A DNA stretch of 64,000 nt from Opitutia bacterium. Its GTDB lineage: Bacteria; Verrucomicrobiota; Verrucomicrobiia; Opitutales; Opitutaceae. The notes beneath the pieces are model-generated. The model searched no databases and had not been told where the DNA came from. It saw only the letters and a list, made by a program, of their open reading frames with translations. This document shows, piece after piece, positions 39,325 to 49,339 of this stretch. Position numbers and translations under genes: made by a program. The DNA lies in the NCBI GenBank assembly GCA_947478395.1, contig CANJVR010000001.1:576001-640000 (forward strand), read 5' to 3'. Each line of letters begins with the position of its first letter. Position 1 is the first letter of the stretch.

Positions 39325-40089
39325 CTATTTGTTCGTGCCCCACCGGCGATGGAGAAAGCGCTCCCAGGGTGAAAACAAAATCTTGTCGGCGACGAGACCG
39401 ATGATCAACAGCACAAACATGATTCCGATGACTTGGTCCATGGCGCTGAGTTCGCGCCCATAGTGCAGGAGGTGACCGAGTCCGAAGCCGCTCAAAATCG
39501 TGACATAGATTTCGGCCGCCATCAGCGAGCGCCACGCGAACGCCCAGCCCTGCTTCATGCCGCCGACGATAAATGGCAGTGCCGCTGGTAACATGACCCG
39601 CAACCACGTGTGCATCCCCCGCGAACCCATCGTGCGGGCTGCCCGCGCGTAGATCGGCGGGACGTTCCTCACGCCGTTGTCGGTTGCGATGATCACCGAC
39701 CAAAGCGTACCCATCACGACAACGAAAAACATCGCCGCCTCGGTCTGCCCAAACCACAGGAGCGCGAGCGGCACCCAGCACACGCTGGGCAGCGTCTGCA
39801 GTCCCAACGAAAGCACACCGATCGTATCTTTAAGGACCTGGAAACGCGCGGTCAGCAATCCCACGGGAAGACCGATGACGATCCCAAAAAAATAACCCAG
39901 CAGCAGCCGCTTCATCGTCACAATGCTCGAATCCCACAAGGTGCCGTCGCCGATCGCCGTCACCAGATAACGACCGACACTCCACGGGGTCGGCACCAGC
40001 ACGGGCGACCAGATGCGCGCCCGGCACACCGCTTCCCACGCCAGGAGGAGCAGCGAAAAAAATACGAGGGCTTTGATGAACCGCTTCAC
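39325..40089 (-). CDS. ABC transporter permease (SsuC/TauC-like)
   Basis: [24 protein letters not shown] loop and [12 protein letters not shown] start overlaps the ATPase stop. Confidence 0.9.
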   Translation of the reverse strand: MKRFIKALVFFSLLLLAWEAVCRARIWSPVLVPTPWSVGRYLVTAIGDGTLWDSSIVTMKRLLLGYFFGIVIGLPVGLLTARFQVLKDTIGVLSLGLQTLPSVCWVPLALLWFGQTEAAMFFVVVMGTLWSVIIATDNGVRNVPPIYARAARTMGSRGMHTWLRVMLPAALPFIVGGMKQGWAFAWRSLMAAEIYVTILSGFGLGHLLHYGRELSAMDQVIGIMFVLLIIGLVADKILFSPWERFLHRRWGTNK

Positions 40090-40907
40090 TCGGCGACCTC
40101 CTTCAGGATCCCGGTCTCGGACCGCGCGTAATTCTTCAACGCCGCGGTGATCTTCGTCGAATAGCGGGCCAGATCGACGCTGTTGATGTCGCGTGGCCGG
40201 GGAAGATCGATCTTGAACTGCTCCTGAATGCGGCCGGGGTGCGGCGAGAACAGGACCACGCGGTCGCCGAGGCAACACGCCTCGCGGACGTTGTGAGTGA
40301 CAAACACGATCGTCTTCTTGCGCTCCTGCCAGATGCGCTGGAGATCGCCGTAGAGGTGCTCGCGCGTGAGCGCGTCGAGCGCGGCGAAAGGTTCATCCAT
40401 CAAGAGCACACGTGGATTGGGCGCGAGGGCGCGGGCGAGGGCCACACGCTGCTTCATGCCACCCGACAATTCGTGGATGTAAGCGTGGTGAAATTTTCCC
40501 AAGCCGACCAATTCGAGATAAAATTCCGCCACCCGACGGCGCTCCGCGGTGGTGAGGCTGGGTTTGAGCCGCAAACCGAAGAGCACGTTGTCGAGCACAT
40601 CGAGCCAGGGGAAAAGCGCGGATTCCTGAAACATCATCATCCGGTCGCGGCCGGGCGCATTCACCGGCGCGCCGTCGGTAAAAACGCGACCGTCGTCCGC
40701 AGAATCCAGCCCAGCGATTATATTCAGCAGGGTAGATTTCCCGCATCCGCTCGGCCCGACGAGACAGACAAACTCGCCCTCCCCGACATCCAGCGATACT
40801 TGGTCCAGTGCGTGGACCGTGCGCGCGCCGGCGCCGAAGCGCTTGCTGACGCGCTGCACAGAGAGCTTCGATGAAGCCTCGTTTTGGAGCTCAGTTTGAA
40901 AGGTCAT
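40086..40907 (-). CDS. ABC transporter ATP-binding protein (SsuB/TauB-like)
   Basis: GPSGCGKST, LSGGMKQR and MDEPFAALD. Confidence 0.93.
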   Translation of the reverse strand: MTFQTELQNEASSKLSVQRVSKRFGAGARTVHALDQVSLDVGEGEFVCLVGPSGCGKSTLLNIIAGLDSADDGRVFTDGAPVNAPGRDRMMMFQESALFPWLDVLDNVLFGLRLKPSLTTAERRRVAEFYLELVGLGKFHHAYIHELSGGMKQRVALARALAPNPRVLLMDEPFAALDALTREHLYGDLQRIWQERKKTIVFVTHNVREACCLGDRVVLFSPHPGRIQEQFKIDLPRPRDINSVDLARYSTKITAALKNYARSETGILKEVAE

Positions 40908-41863
40908 GGCTTAGCGCTGAACAGCCGGTCGAGGGGAATGGCGTCGCGCAGGAAGCCGGCACTCTGGGCGTCGACCACCAGGGCGGAAAACTGAGACTGC
41001 GTCACCTGATCGGAAAATTTCAGCCGGCGCCACGAACGGTCGATGATAGCCGCCGGCATCTCGCGCTTGGTCTCTGCGGTCAGGCCGGCCCGAACGATGG
41101 CCTGCGCCTCAGTGGTATGCGTGCCGAGCCACGCGGTGAGTTCAGCATGCGCGGCACGGAATTTTGCGACAAGCGCAGGCTGCGCCTTGAGAAATTTCAC
41201 GCCGCTCACGAGCACCGTGGTGACGGCATCGTTTTGCTCGAGGAAAACTTTCCCTCCTGCCTCGGTTTCGAGGCGAGAGACCCACGGCTCGACCGTCCAG
41301 ACGCCGTCGAGCTTGCCCTGTTGAAATAGCTGGAGCTGGTCGGCGTTGGCGGTGGGCACCACGAGCACATCGCCACCGGTGAGCGTAATTTTGAAGCCCT
41401 GTTTTTTCAGCCAGGCTCGGGCGGCCACATCCTGAGTGTTCCCAAGTTGTGGCGTGGCGATGCGTCCGCCCTTGAAGTCAGCGGGTTTGGTCACATGGCC
41501 ATCACCCGGCACAACCAAGGCCGCGCCGCCTTCGGCAGCGCCAGCCAGCACGCGGATCTCGTCGCCCTGGGAGCGAATATAGGCATTGAGCGCCGGGTTC
41601 GGCCCGACATAGGTCAGGTCGATCGAGCCGGCGAAAATCGCCTCCATCGCGCTCGGGCCGGCATTAAACGGAAACCACTGGATGGTGACATCAGGCCCAA
41701 GTCGTTGCTCGAACCATCCGTGCTTTTCCCGCGTGGTGTGGCTACCCACGAGACCCTGTGCGTGAGTGATGTTGGGAAAATAGCCGACCCGCAGCGTGAT
41801 TTTATCGGCACGTACCCACGAGGTGAGGAGAGCTAGGAGAAAAAGAAGCCGAAAGATTTTCAT
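40904..41863 (-). CDS. ABC substrate-binding protein (SsuA-like; sulfonate/sulfate)
   Basis: RVGYFPNITHAQ, YVGPNPA and TPQLGNTQDVA. Confidence 0.9.
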   Translation of the reverse strand: MKIFRLLFLLALLTSWVRADKITLRVGYFPNITHAQGLVGSHTTREKHGWFEQRLGPDVTIQWFPFNAGPSAMEAIFAGSIDLTYVGPNPALNAYIRSQGDEIRVLAGAAEGGAALVVPGDGHVTKPADFKGGRIATPQLGNTQDVAARAWLKKQGFKITLTGGDVLVVPTANADQLQLFQQGKLDGVWTVEPWVSRLETEAGGKVFLEQNDAVTTVLVSGVKFLKAQPALVAKFRAAHAELTAWLGTHTTEAQAIVRAGLTAETKREMPAAIIDRSWRRLKFSDQVTQSQFSALVVDAQSAGFLRDAIPLDRLFSAKP

Positions 41864-41881
41864 GGCGAAAGCGCGACGGGC

Positions 41882-43264
41882 TTAGAACGCGAGTTGGAAA
41901 CGGGTGATGAAGGATTTTTCGTCCTGACGGAGGATTTGCGTCGTGGGGATCGCCGGTGCGCCGGGCGCGAAACCGAATCTTGCCTGGTAGTAGTCGATCT
42001 TGAAATGGACGGCTTTGCTCAGGTACCAGTTGAGCCCGAGGCCGAAGGCCTTGGCTTCGTCCGCGCTGGTCGCGGCGGACGCAAAAACGGGGAACGCCGC
42101 GTCATCAACTTTGAGGTTCGAATAGCGGCCAACGACCTCGAACGCGCCCCATGTGCCGGCGGCGAGATCGAAGTTAGTACGTGGCACGACGCCCGCGTAA
42201 CTCGAATCTTCGCCCGTGAGCACGTAACCGGCGGCGAGCTGCCAGGCTTTGTTCTGGAGCTCGGTCTTGGGACCGGTGGCGGTGGTGCGAACATTGATCG
42301 TGGAGACGACGTATTCGCCGAGCACGCCGATGGAGCCGAGGCGATAATCGAGCTGCGGCGAGATGCGCCAGTTCTGGCCATCGGCCACGGTCGCCGCCAA
42401 GTAGCTGAAGAACGTCTGCTGGCCATCGGTACGGTAGCCACCGGTGCGGCCGGCGGCGGTTTTTTCCCGGCCGATGCTGCCGGAGACGCCGAAGGAAAGG
42501 CCCTGCAACGGCGAACCGGCGCGGGCCTTGAACGGCGAGGCGATCAGGCGCGCGACCGCGTCTTTATCGTTGTCGAAATCGGCGTTGTTCGAGGTACCGC
42601 CGTCGCCCAAACCTCCGAAGACACCGATCGTGTAGTTGAGCGTGCCATCAAGAATATCGCCGGACGCTTGCACGCCGAGGTCACGATTCGGCACGAGATT
42701 GGTGACGATGGAACGCTCATTGAAGAACGTCCACGTGTCCGACTGGAGGAGTTCCAGCCCGACCGGCGATTTGAATTTTCCGAACTTGAGCGAGAGCCAC
42801 TTGTTGACCGCGATGCCGAAGTTGGCGTCGAGGATGCTAACAGCGCTGCCACCGAATTCGGGCACGAGCTGGAACGAAAAGTTTTTCGCGAAGACGCCCT
42901 CCGTGATGAGGCGCGCGCGACGCAGAATGAAGGCGTTGTTCACGATACCGCCGCCGTCCCGGAAGAAGAGCCGGTTGTCGAGCTGAATGAGTCCGCGCAG
43001 TTTGATGGAGTTGGCCGAGTCGGCCGACGCGAGGGTGAAGCCCTTATCGTTGATCGTGATCTTCGGCGTAGTCGGCGCCGCGGCGGCCGCGGCCTCCTCC
43101 TTGATCTCGATTTTACGGGCGAGCACCTTGAGCTGTTGCTCGAGGGCCTGGACTTGGGCGCGCAGCGCCTGCAGGTCGGTGTTGTCGGCCGATGCGGCGG
43201 GCAGCGTCGCGGTGAAAAACGCCGCGGATAAAACCGCCGCGCTGAATTTGAAGGGATTCCTCAT
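41882..43264 (-). CDS. OprO/OprP-family anion-selective porin
   Basis: Signal peptide, N-terminal coiled coil, LRRARL, GLNWYL and C-terminal RFQLAF. Confidence 0.88.
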   Translation of the reverse strand: MRNPFKFSAAVLSAAFFTATLPAASADNTDLQALRAQVQALEQQLKVLARKIEIKEEAAAAAAPTTPKITINDKGFTLASADSANSIKLRGLIQLDNRLFFRDGGGIVNNAFILRRARLITEGVFAKNFSFQLVPEFGGSAVSILDANFGIAVNKWLSLKFGKFKSPVGLELLQSDTWTFFNERSIVTNLVPNRDLGVQASGDILDGTLNYTIGVFGGLGDGGTSNNADFDNDKDAVARLIASPFKARAGSPLQGLSFGVSGSIGREKTAAGRTGGYRTDGQQTFFSYLAATVADGQNWRISPQLDYRLGSIGVLGEYVVSTINVRTTATGPKTELQNKAWQLAAGYVLTGEDSSYAGVVPRTNFDLAAGTWGAFEVVGRYSNLKVDDAAFPVFASAATSADEAKAFGLGLNWYLSKAVHFKIDYYQARFGFAPGAPAIPTTQILRQDEKSFITRFQLAF

Positions 43265-43375
43265 GGGACTGGTGGGGTGGTTGTTTCGCGCGGGTCGCCC
43301 GTGGACGGGTCGGCCGGCGCAAGGTCGGGGCTGGTTGATCATGAGGCCACCGGCTGGTGCCGGTAGGCAGAAATT

Positions 43376-43576
43376 TTATCCGGGCGCCTGAGCGTCGCGG
43401 CTATTCGTGAGGCGGGTTTTCTCGGTGCGCTCGATCTGCGTGACGCGTCCGTCGTGCACGACGAGCTGGACCACGCCGTAACGGAGGCCCTCGACTTTTT
43501 CGCGCACCAGGGCGACCCATTCGGGCAGAGGCGAGTGAGCGGAAACGGAATTGGAGTCGATCGTCGTGGTGGGCAT
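43376..43576 (-). CDS. YezD/DUF2292 family small protein (sulfur-starvation associated)
   Basis: LRYGVVQLVVHDGRVTQIERTEKTR. Confidence 0.88.
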   Translation of the reverse strand: MPTTTIDSNSVSAHSPLPEWVALVREKVEGLRYGVVQLVVHDGRVTQIERTEKTRLTNSRDAQAPG

Positions 43577-43600
43577 GACGGGGAAACAAAATGAGCGGTT

Positions 43601-44203
43601 TTAAATGATGTAATCGCCCAACAATTGATGAATCACGCCGTCGGTTTCATCGAGCCGGCGGCGACCGCCGCTGGAGCGGGCCAATTTGCGGGCATGGCCA
43701 GCCGGGACCCGAACACTTGCGGGAGCGGCCTCGGCTTCGGGAGAAAACGGCAGGGGAAGATTGTCGCGCCGGAGCTTCCGCAGCGTGACCTCGACGACGT
43801 CGGCCAGCGTGTAGCGGTCGAGGATGCCGGCGATGGCGTTACGGACATCGAGCATGAGCATGCGCAAGCCGCAGTGCACCTCATCCGGGCAGGTGCACTT
43901 CTCGTAAGCGCTCTGGCTAACGCAGCCGATGGGCGCGAGCGGACCATCGATCAACCGCACGACCTCGCCGATGGTGATCTTTCGGGCGGGCTTGGCTAAA
44001 CGGTAGCCGCCAAATTTGCCACGAACGCTCATCACCAGACCCGCCTCCTTCAGCGCCTGCATGATTTGCTCGAGGAACTTGATCGGCAATTGCTCGCTTT
44101 CCGCGAGTTCGGTCACCTGTACCAACCGTCGCCCCACCTCTGCGGCAATGCCGAGGTTGATCAAGGAGCGGAGAGCGTATTCGCCTTTCTTGGAGAGCTT
44201 CAT
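43601..44203 (-). CDS. Rrf2-family transcriptional regulator
   Basis: MKLSKKGEYALR, SVRGKFGGYRLA and a Cys cluster (CVS...CTCPDEVHC). Confidence 0.93.
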   Translation of the reverse strand: MKLSKKGEYALRSLINLGIAAEVGRRLVQVTELAESEQLPIKFLEQIMQALKEAGLVMSVRGKFGGYRLAKPARKITIGEVVRLIDGPLAPIGCVSQSAYEKCTCPDEVHCGLRMLMLDVRNAIAGILDRYTLADVVEVTLRKLRRDNLPLPFSPEAEAAPASVRVPAGHARKLARSSGGRRRLDETDGVIHQLLGDYII

Positions 44204-44288
44204 TTGCCGACTGTTTTAAAATACATTGGTTCAGTAGGGATTAAAGCAAGCGCGGATTTTGATTTTTTTAGAACCCACAGATCAAGTA

Positions 44289-44355
44289 GGAGCACGCCCG
44301 CCCTCGTCCGCACCCGAATCGATCATGCGGCCGAGGGCGGCCGCACTCCCAGCGG
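44289..44355. repeat. REP-like palindrome GGAGY.CG.CCGCCCTCG...CGAGGGCGGCCGCACTCC
   Basis: Homologous to the inner element at 60462-60522. Confidence 0.7.
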
Positions 44356-44359
44356 AAAC

Positions 44360-45139
44360 CTACAATTTCACCCGCAGTCCGTCATACGCCGGCTCGATGC
44401 CGGCCGGCATCGCGGCCGCGAGTTCAGCGTGATCGTTAAGGTGCGTGAGATGCGTGAGCAACGTCCGCGGAGCAGCGATCTCCCCGGCGACCGCAATCGC
44501 CTCGGGAATGCTCATGTGCGAGGGGTGCGGAAGCGGTCGCAGTCCGTCGAGCACGACCAGATCGGCGCCGCGGGCCAGCTCGACGCCTTCGCGTGGGACG
44601 CGTTTGCAGTCGGTATAGTAAACCAGTTTTTTGCCGCTGCTGCGTTCGGTGAAAATCAGACCCAGCGTGTTTACTCCGCCGTGAGGCAGCAGCGTGGATT
44701 GAATCGTCCCCTGTGGCAGTTCGAGGGCCGACGGCATGATCAACAATTTGAACGCCGGGTAACCTTTCACGACCGGCCGCTCCATGATGGCGTAAGGATA
44801 AATCGCGAGCACCCGCCCGATGCCTTCGTCGGTCGAATAGACCGTCAACCCGTCTCCCCCGCGCAGATCGCAGAAGCGCCGCAGGTCGTCCATGCCGGTG
44901 ACGTGATCCGTGTGCCCGTGAGTTAGGATGAAAAAATCCAGTTCGCGGATATTCTCCCGCAGGCACTGGAGGCGAAATTCCTGCGCGGCGTCGACCTGGA
45001 TATGCAGCCCGTCCATCACCACATGGACCGACGCCCGCGTGCGCCGATTGCGCGGGTCGGCCGACGTGCAGACGGCGCAGTCACAGGCAATCATGGGAAC
45101 GCCCTGGGAAGTACCGGTGCCGAGGAAAATGATTTCCAT
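44360..45139 (-). CDS. MBL-fold metallo-hydrolase (PhnP-like phosphodiesterase)
   Basis: FLGTGTSQGVPMIACDCAVC, THGHTDH, YYTDC, THLTH and AYDGL. Confidence 0.92.
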   Translation of the reverse strand: MEIIFLGTGTSQGVPMIACDCAVCTSADPRNRRTRASVHVVMDGLHIQVDAAQEFRLQCLRENIRELDFFILTHGHTDHVTGMDDLRRFCDLRGGDGLTVYSTDEGIGRVLAIYPYAIMERPVVKGYPAFKLLIMPSALELPQGTIQSTLLPHGGVNTLGLIFTERSSGKKLVYYTDCKRVPREGVELARGADLVVLDGLRPLPHPSHMSIPEAIAVAGEIAAPRTLLTHLTHLNDHAELAAAMPAGIEPAYDGLRVKL

Positions 45140-45197
45140 GTGAACCGCTCACAAAGAAACGAAAAAATCACCCGCATCCAGCCTGCATCCCATCAAA

Positions 45198-47414
45198 CTA
45201 CTCCTTGCTCTGTAGCCGCCCCAGAAATTCCGCCTCGTTCATGACCGACACGCCGAGCGCTGCGGCTGTTTCGCGCTTTTTCCCGCTGCCCTCTCCCGCC
45301 AGCAAGACGTAGGTTTTCCGCGTAAGCTTTCCGACCACCCGGCCACCAGCCGCGGTAATTTCTCCCGTCGCCTGAGCGCGACTCAGATGCGGCAGCACCC
45401 CGGTGATAACAAACGCTTTTCCGGCAAAGATGGACGACCTGGGCGTTACCGCTCCCCCTCCCAACGTTGAGGAATGACCCAAGCCGGCGGCTAGCAAATC
45501 CGCTATCACGGTAGCGTTTGAATGATCGGCAAAATAGGCGACGACCGCCGCGGCCGTGGCCGCGGTAAAGTTGGCGGCGATCAAATCGTCGATATCCGCC
45601 TCCATCAAAACGTCCAAGCGGCCAAACTGTCTCGCCAATTCACGGCTGGTGACAAGGCCGACCCGGGAAATTCCCACGCCGTAAATCACCCGCCAAAGTT
45701 CCGCGTGCCGGCTCCGATCGATAGCGGCGAGCGTACGTTGCGCCGTCCGCAACTTTCCGGAATCACTCGCCGCGAAATCCTCCGGTTTGAGGTGATACAA
45801 GTCGGCGAACGACTTGACCCGACCGCGTTCGACCAAACTTGCAATGGCGGCTGGCCCAAGCCCCTCGATGTCCATGGCTTCATTGGACGCGAAGTGCTGC
45901 AACCGGCGTTGAAGTTGCGCCGGGCAGTCTGGGTTCGCACACCGTATGGCGGCTTCATCCTGCTCCGCCGTGAGCACGCTTTCGCAGGCCGGGCAATTCA
46001 CCGGAAAAACAAAAGGCTGACTGCCGGGCATCCGGCGTGCGGTGTTCACGCCCACAACCGCGGGAACGATCTCACCCGCTTTTTCCACGAAAATAAAATC
46101 CCCGATGCGGATATCGTTGCGCGCGATTTCCGCACGATTGTGCAATGTCGCACGCATCACGATCGATCCCCCCAGCGAGATCGGCGCGAATTCCGCCACA
46201 GGCGTGAGCACGCCCGTCCGGCCGACTTGAAGCGTGATCGCCAGCAATCGGGTCTCCACGCGTTCGGCGGCATACTTGTAGGCCATCGCCCAGCGCGGAG
46301 CGTGATCACTCGCACCGAGCTTGGACCAGTCGGAGACCGAATCCAGTTTCACCACCGCTCCATCGACAGGAAACGACCAGCTCGATCGATCGCGATCGAA
46401 TGCCTGCACCGCTGCCCACATTTCGTCCGCCGTTCGCGTGACTGCGATCCGCTCCACGCCCGGCAAGCCCCACGCGCGAATCTGGTCGTGCAATGCCCGC
46501 TGGGAAATCGGCTGCGTGGCGCGCGGTTCCCATGCGCCCCACCCATAAAAAACAACCGCGATTTTTCGCTCGGCCACTTCGCGCGGATCGAGCAGTTTCA
46601 GCGTGCCCGCGGCGAGATTGCGCGGATGGGAAAAAGGCGTCTCGCCGGCGGCCTCACGCTCGTGATTGAGGCGTTCAAATTCGGCCAACGGCAGATAAAT
46701 TTCGCCGCGCAGCTCCACAATTTCGGGAATAGGATTCCGCCCGTCAGCGGTCACCGTTTTTAATTCGAGCGGGAGCTCGGGGATCGTACGGACATTGGCC
46801 GTGACATCATCGCCTTCGATGCCGTTGCCGCGGGTAACCGCGCGGACCAGTCTTCCCTTTTCATAGGTCACGCTGATGGCGAGGCCGTCGAATTTGGGTT
46901 CGATCACGAAAAGCAAATCATCCCGGTGAAGTTGATGGGCGAGCCGGGCCTGAAACGCCCGTAGCTCCACCTCGGAATAACTTTTCTCGAGACTGAGCAT
47001 TCGCTCGCGATGGCGATAGAGCGGAAATTTCCCGGTGCGATCGTCGCCCAGCGAATCGGTGGGCGACCCATTGCCGGCGTAGGCCGGATGGATTTCTTCC
47101 AGAGCCACCAGGGTCCGTTTGAGCTCATCGTAAGCAGCGTCGGTGATCTCGGGCGCGGCCTTCCGATAATAAAGTTCATCGTGATGGGCGATCTCAGCGC
47201 GAAGCCGGGCCATCCGGGTTTCGGTTTCGTCGCCGCCTTTTATCCGGCCTGCGACCGACGGTGACGGCGCGGCCGACGGAGCCTCAGTTGCATTCGCGTC
47301 GACCACGGCGCCGGCTCCCTCGCTCGAAACCAGAAAAAATGTCGCGGCAAGTGCGGCGACGCCCCGAAGATATTTAGCCTCCCGGCTAAATTGAGTACGT
47401 TGAAAAAAGTTCAT
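45198..47414 (-). CDS. ligA: NAD-dependent DNA ligase with a 67-aa signal-peptide-like N-terminal extension (alternative start 47213)
   Basis: HDELYY/DAAYD (Ia domain), EPKFDG, ELRGEIY, DGAVVK, AMAYKY, QVGRTGVLTPVA, CPAC..C..C zinc finger, HhH and BRCT. Confidence 0.93.
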   Translation of the reverse strand: MNFFQRTQFSREAKYLRGVAALAATFFLVSSEGAGAVVDANATEAPSAAPSPSVAGRIKGGDETETRMARLRAEIAHHDELYYRKAAPEITDAAYDELKRTLVALEEIHPAYAGNGSPTDSLGDDRTGKFPLYRHRERMLSLEKSYSEVELRAFQARLAHQLHRDDLLFVIEPKFDGLAISVTYEKGRLVRAVTRGNGIEGDDVTANVRTIPELPLELKTVTADGRNPIPEIVELRGEIYLPLAEFERLNHEREAAGETPFSHPRNLAAGTLKLLDPREVAERKIAVVFYGWGAWEPRATQPISQRALHDQIRAWGLPGVERIAVTRTADEMWAAVQAFDRDRSSWSFPVDGAVVKLDSVSDWSKLGASDHAPRWAMAYKYAAERVETRLLAITLQVGRTGVLTPVAEFAPISLGGSIVMRATLHNRAEIARNDIRIGDFIFVEKAGEIVPAVVGVNTARRMPGSQPFVFPVNCPACESVLTAEQDEAAIRCANPDCPAQLQRRLQHFASNEAMDIEGLGPAAIASLVERGRVKSFADLYHLKPEDFAASDSGKLRTAQRTLAAIDRSRHAELWRVIYGVGISRVGLVTSRELARQFGRLDVLMEADIDDLIAANFTAATAAAVVAYFADHSNATVIADLLAAGLGHSSTLGGGAVTPRSSIFAGKAFVITGVLPHLSRAQATGEITAAGGRVVGKLTRKTYVLLAGEGSGKKRETAAALGVSVMNEAEFLGRLQSKE

Positions 47415-47722
47415 AAACTCGGAACGCGTTCACATCGCATGAGCGCAGCGGTGTGGTAGGTGCGGCGCCCGCCACCTCACGTCAAGAAACCGGGGCCCAT
47501 ATGACAGGCTCGTATGACACGCGCGATCCGGCCGGAAAATTTCCGCGATTAAAATCACTGCCGTCTGCTCGCTCAAACCGCCCAAGCAGCGACCCCGAAA
47601 AAACGCGGCCGCTCTGGGGCTCGCTAGCGAGCCGGACCTATCGAGATCTTAACTGCATCGTTCCGGCTGGATAAGGGTGCCCGCAGCGCGGGGGCGGTTG
47701 CGTCCGAGCCCCAGCGTTTTCC

Positions 47723-49339
47723 TCAACAAAGTCCCGTGATTGTCCCAGCCTCCGACACGTCGATGCGCTCAGCCGCCGGCATGCGCGGCAGCGCCGGCAT
47801 GCGCAGCATCTGGCCGGTAAGCGCGACCAGAAACCCGGCGCCATTCGCGATCTCGAAATCGCGCACCGTGATCGTGAACCCGCGCGGCCGGCCTTGTTTC
47901 TTCGGATCATCACTCAACGAGTCCTGCGTCTTGGCCATGCAGATCGGCAGACGGCCGAAACCGGCGGCGGTGAACAACGCAAGTTTCTGCTCCGCCGCCG
48001 AAGTGAACTCCACCCCGTCCGCCCCGTACATGCGCGTGGCGATCGCGTGGATTTTTTCCCGCACAGGTTGGTCGTCCGTATATAGAAAAGGCAGCGGCGG
48101 CACCAAAGCCGGCATCGCCTGCGCCACGGTTTCCGCGAGTTCGACGGCGCCCGCGCCACCCTCACCAAAGACATCCGCCGTCGCGCACCGCACGCCTTGC
48201 GCCGCGCAAAACCGATGCACGGCGGCAAGCTCGTCCGCGGTGTCGCTTTTAAATTGATTGATCGCCACCACGACCGGACGGCCGAATTGCCCGGCACTCG
48301 CGAGGTGCGCCCCAAGATTATCCAAGCCGCGCTCGACCGCGGCGACACTCGGCAACGTCAGCTCGGTCAACGGCACACCGCCGTGCATTTTCAAGGCGCG
48401 GATCGTCGCCACCAGCACAATCAAAGCCGGCGCCAATCCGCTCTGCCGACACTTCAAGTCGATGAATTTTTCGCCGCCGAGATCGAAGGCAAAACCGGCC
48501 TCGGTCACGACGAAGTCGGCGTGCGCCAGCGCGAGCCGCGTCGCGAGCACTGAATTGCAGCCGTGTGCAATATTGGCGAACGGCCCGCCGTGCACAAAAG
48601 CCGGGACCCCTTCGAGCGACTGCACGAGATTCGGCTCGATCGCATCACGGAGCACGGCGAGCAGCGCGCCCGTGACGTTAAACTCCTGCGCGAAAACCGG
48701 CTCACCGGTCCCGGTGAAACCCACCACGATCCGGTCGAGCCGCGCGCGCAGATCGGCCCGCGACGTAGCGAGACAGAGAATCGCCATCACCTCCGACGCT
48801 GCGGTGATGTCGAAGCCCGACGCTCGCTCGCTCGCCGCACCGCGTGAAATCACGATCGACCGCAGCGCCCGATCGTTGGAGTCCAGCGCGCGTTTCCAAA
48901 GGACACCCTCTGGCGCTAGCCGCGTGGATTTGAAGTGGAGGCGATTGTCGATCGCCGCCGCGAGAAGATTATGCGCCGCCGTGATCGCGTGAAAATCGCC
49001 GGTGAAATGCAGGTTGATCGACTCCGCCGGAGTGAGGCTGCTGCGCCCGCCCCCGGTGGCACTGCCCTTGCGCCCGAAGACCGGCCCCATCGACGGCTGG
49101 CGCAACGCAAGCGCGACGGAACGGCCGATTCTTTTAAGTCCCTGCGCCAGGCCGATCGACACCGTGGTTTTCCCTTCGCCCGCCGGCGTCGGCGTGATCG
49201 CCGAGACGAGCACGAGCCGCCCGCGCGGCAGCGCATCATTGAGCGCCGCGAGTGAAACCTTCGCTTTGTCGCGGCCGTAAAGGCTGAGGTGCTCCGGCTT
49301 GAGGCCGATGGTTTGGGCGACGAGGGAAATGTCGTTCAT
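47723..49339 (-). CDS. fhs: Formate--tetrahydrofolate ligase
   Basis: TPTPAGEGKTT, INLHFTGDFHAI, HGGPFANIAHGCNS and ICMAKTQ. Start MNDISLVA. Confidence 0.96.
   Translation of the reverse strand: MNDISLVAQTIGLKPEHLSLYGRDKAKVSLAALNDALPRGRLVLVSAITPTPAGEGKTTVSIGLAQGLKRIGRSVALALRQPSMGPVFGRKGSATGGGRSSLTPAESINLHFTGDFHAITAAHNLLAAAIDNRLHFKSTRLAPEGVLWKRALDSNDRALRSIVISRGAASERASGFDITAASEVMAILCLATSRADLRARLDRIVVGFTGTGEPVFAQEFNVTGALLAVLRDAIEPNLVQSLEGVPAFVHGGPFANIAHGCNSVLATRLALAHADFVVTEAGFAFDLGGEKFIDLKCRQSGLAPALIVLVATIRALKMHGGVPLTELTLPSVAAVERGLDNLGAHLASAGQFGRPVVVAINQFKSDTADELAAVHRFCAAQGVRCATADVFGEGGAGAVELAETVAQAMPALVPPLPFLYTDDQPVREKIHAIATRMYGADGVEFTSAAEQKLALFTAAGFGRLPICMAKTQDSLSDDPKKQGRPRGFTITVRDFEIANGAGFLVALTGQMLRMPALPRMPAAERIDVSEAGTITGLC

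Noticed and set aside
39275..39781. Long N-terminal extensions in the ORF track for cysK (and likewise fhs, HlyD and the 26980 esterase)
   Set aside because: They overlap neighbouring genes or leaders and have no family similarity, so downstream ATGs were chosen.
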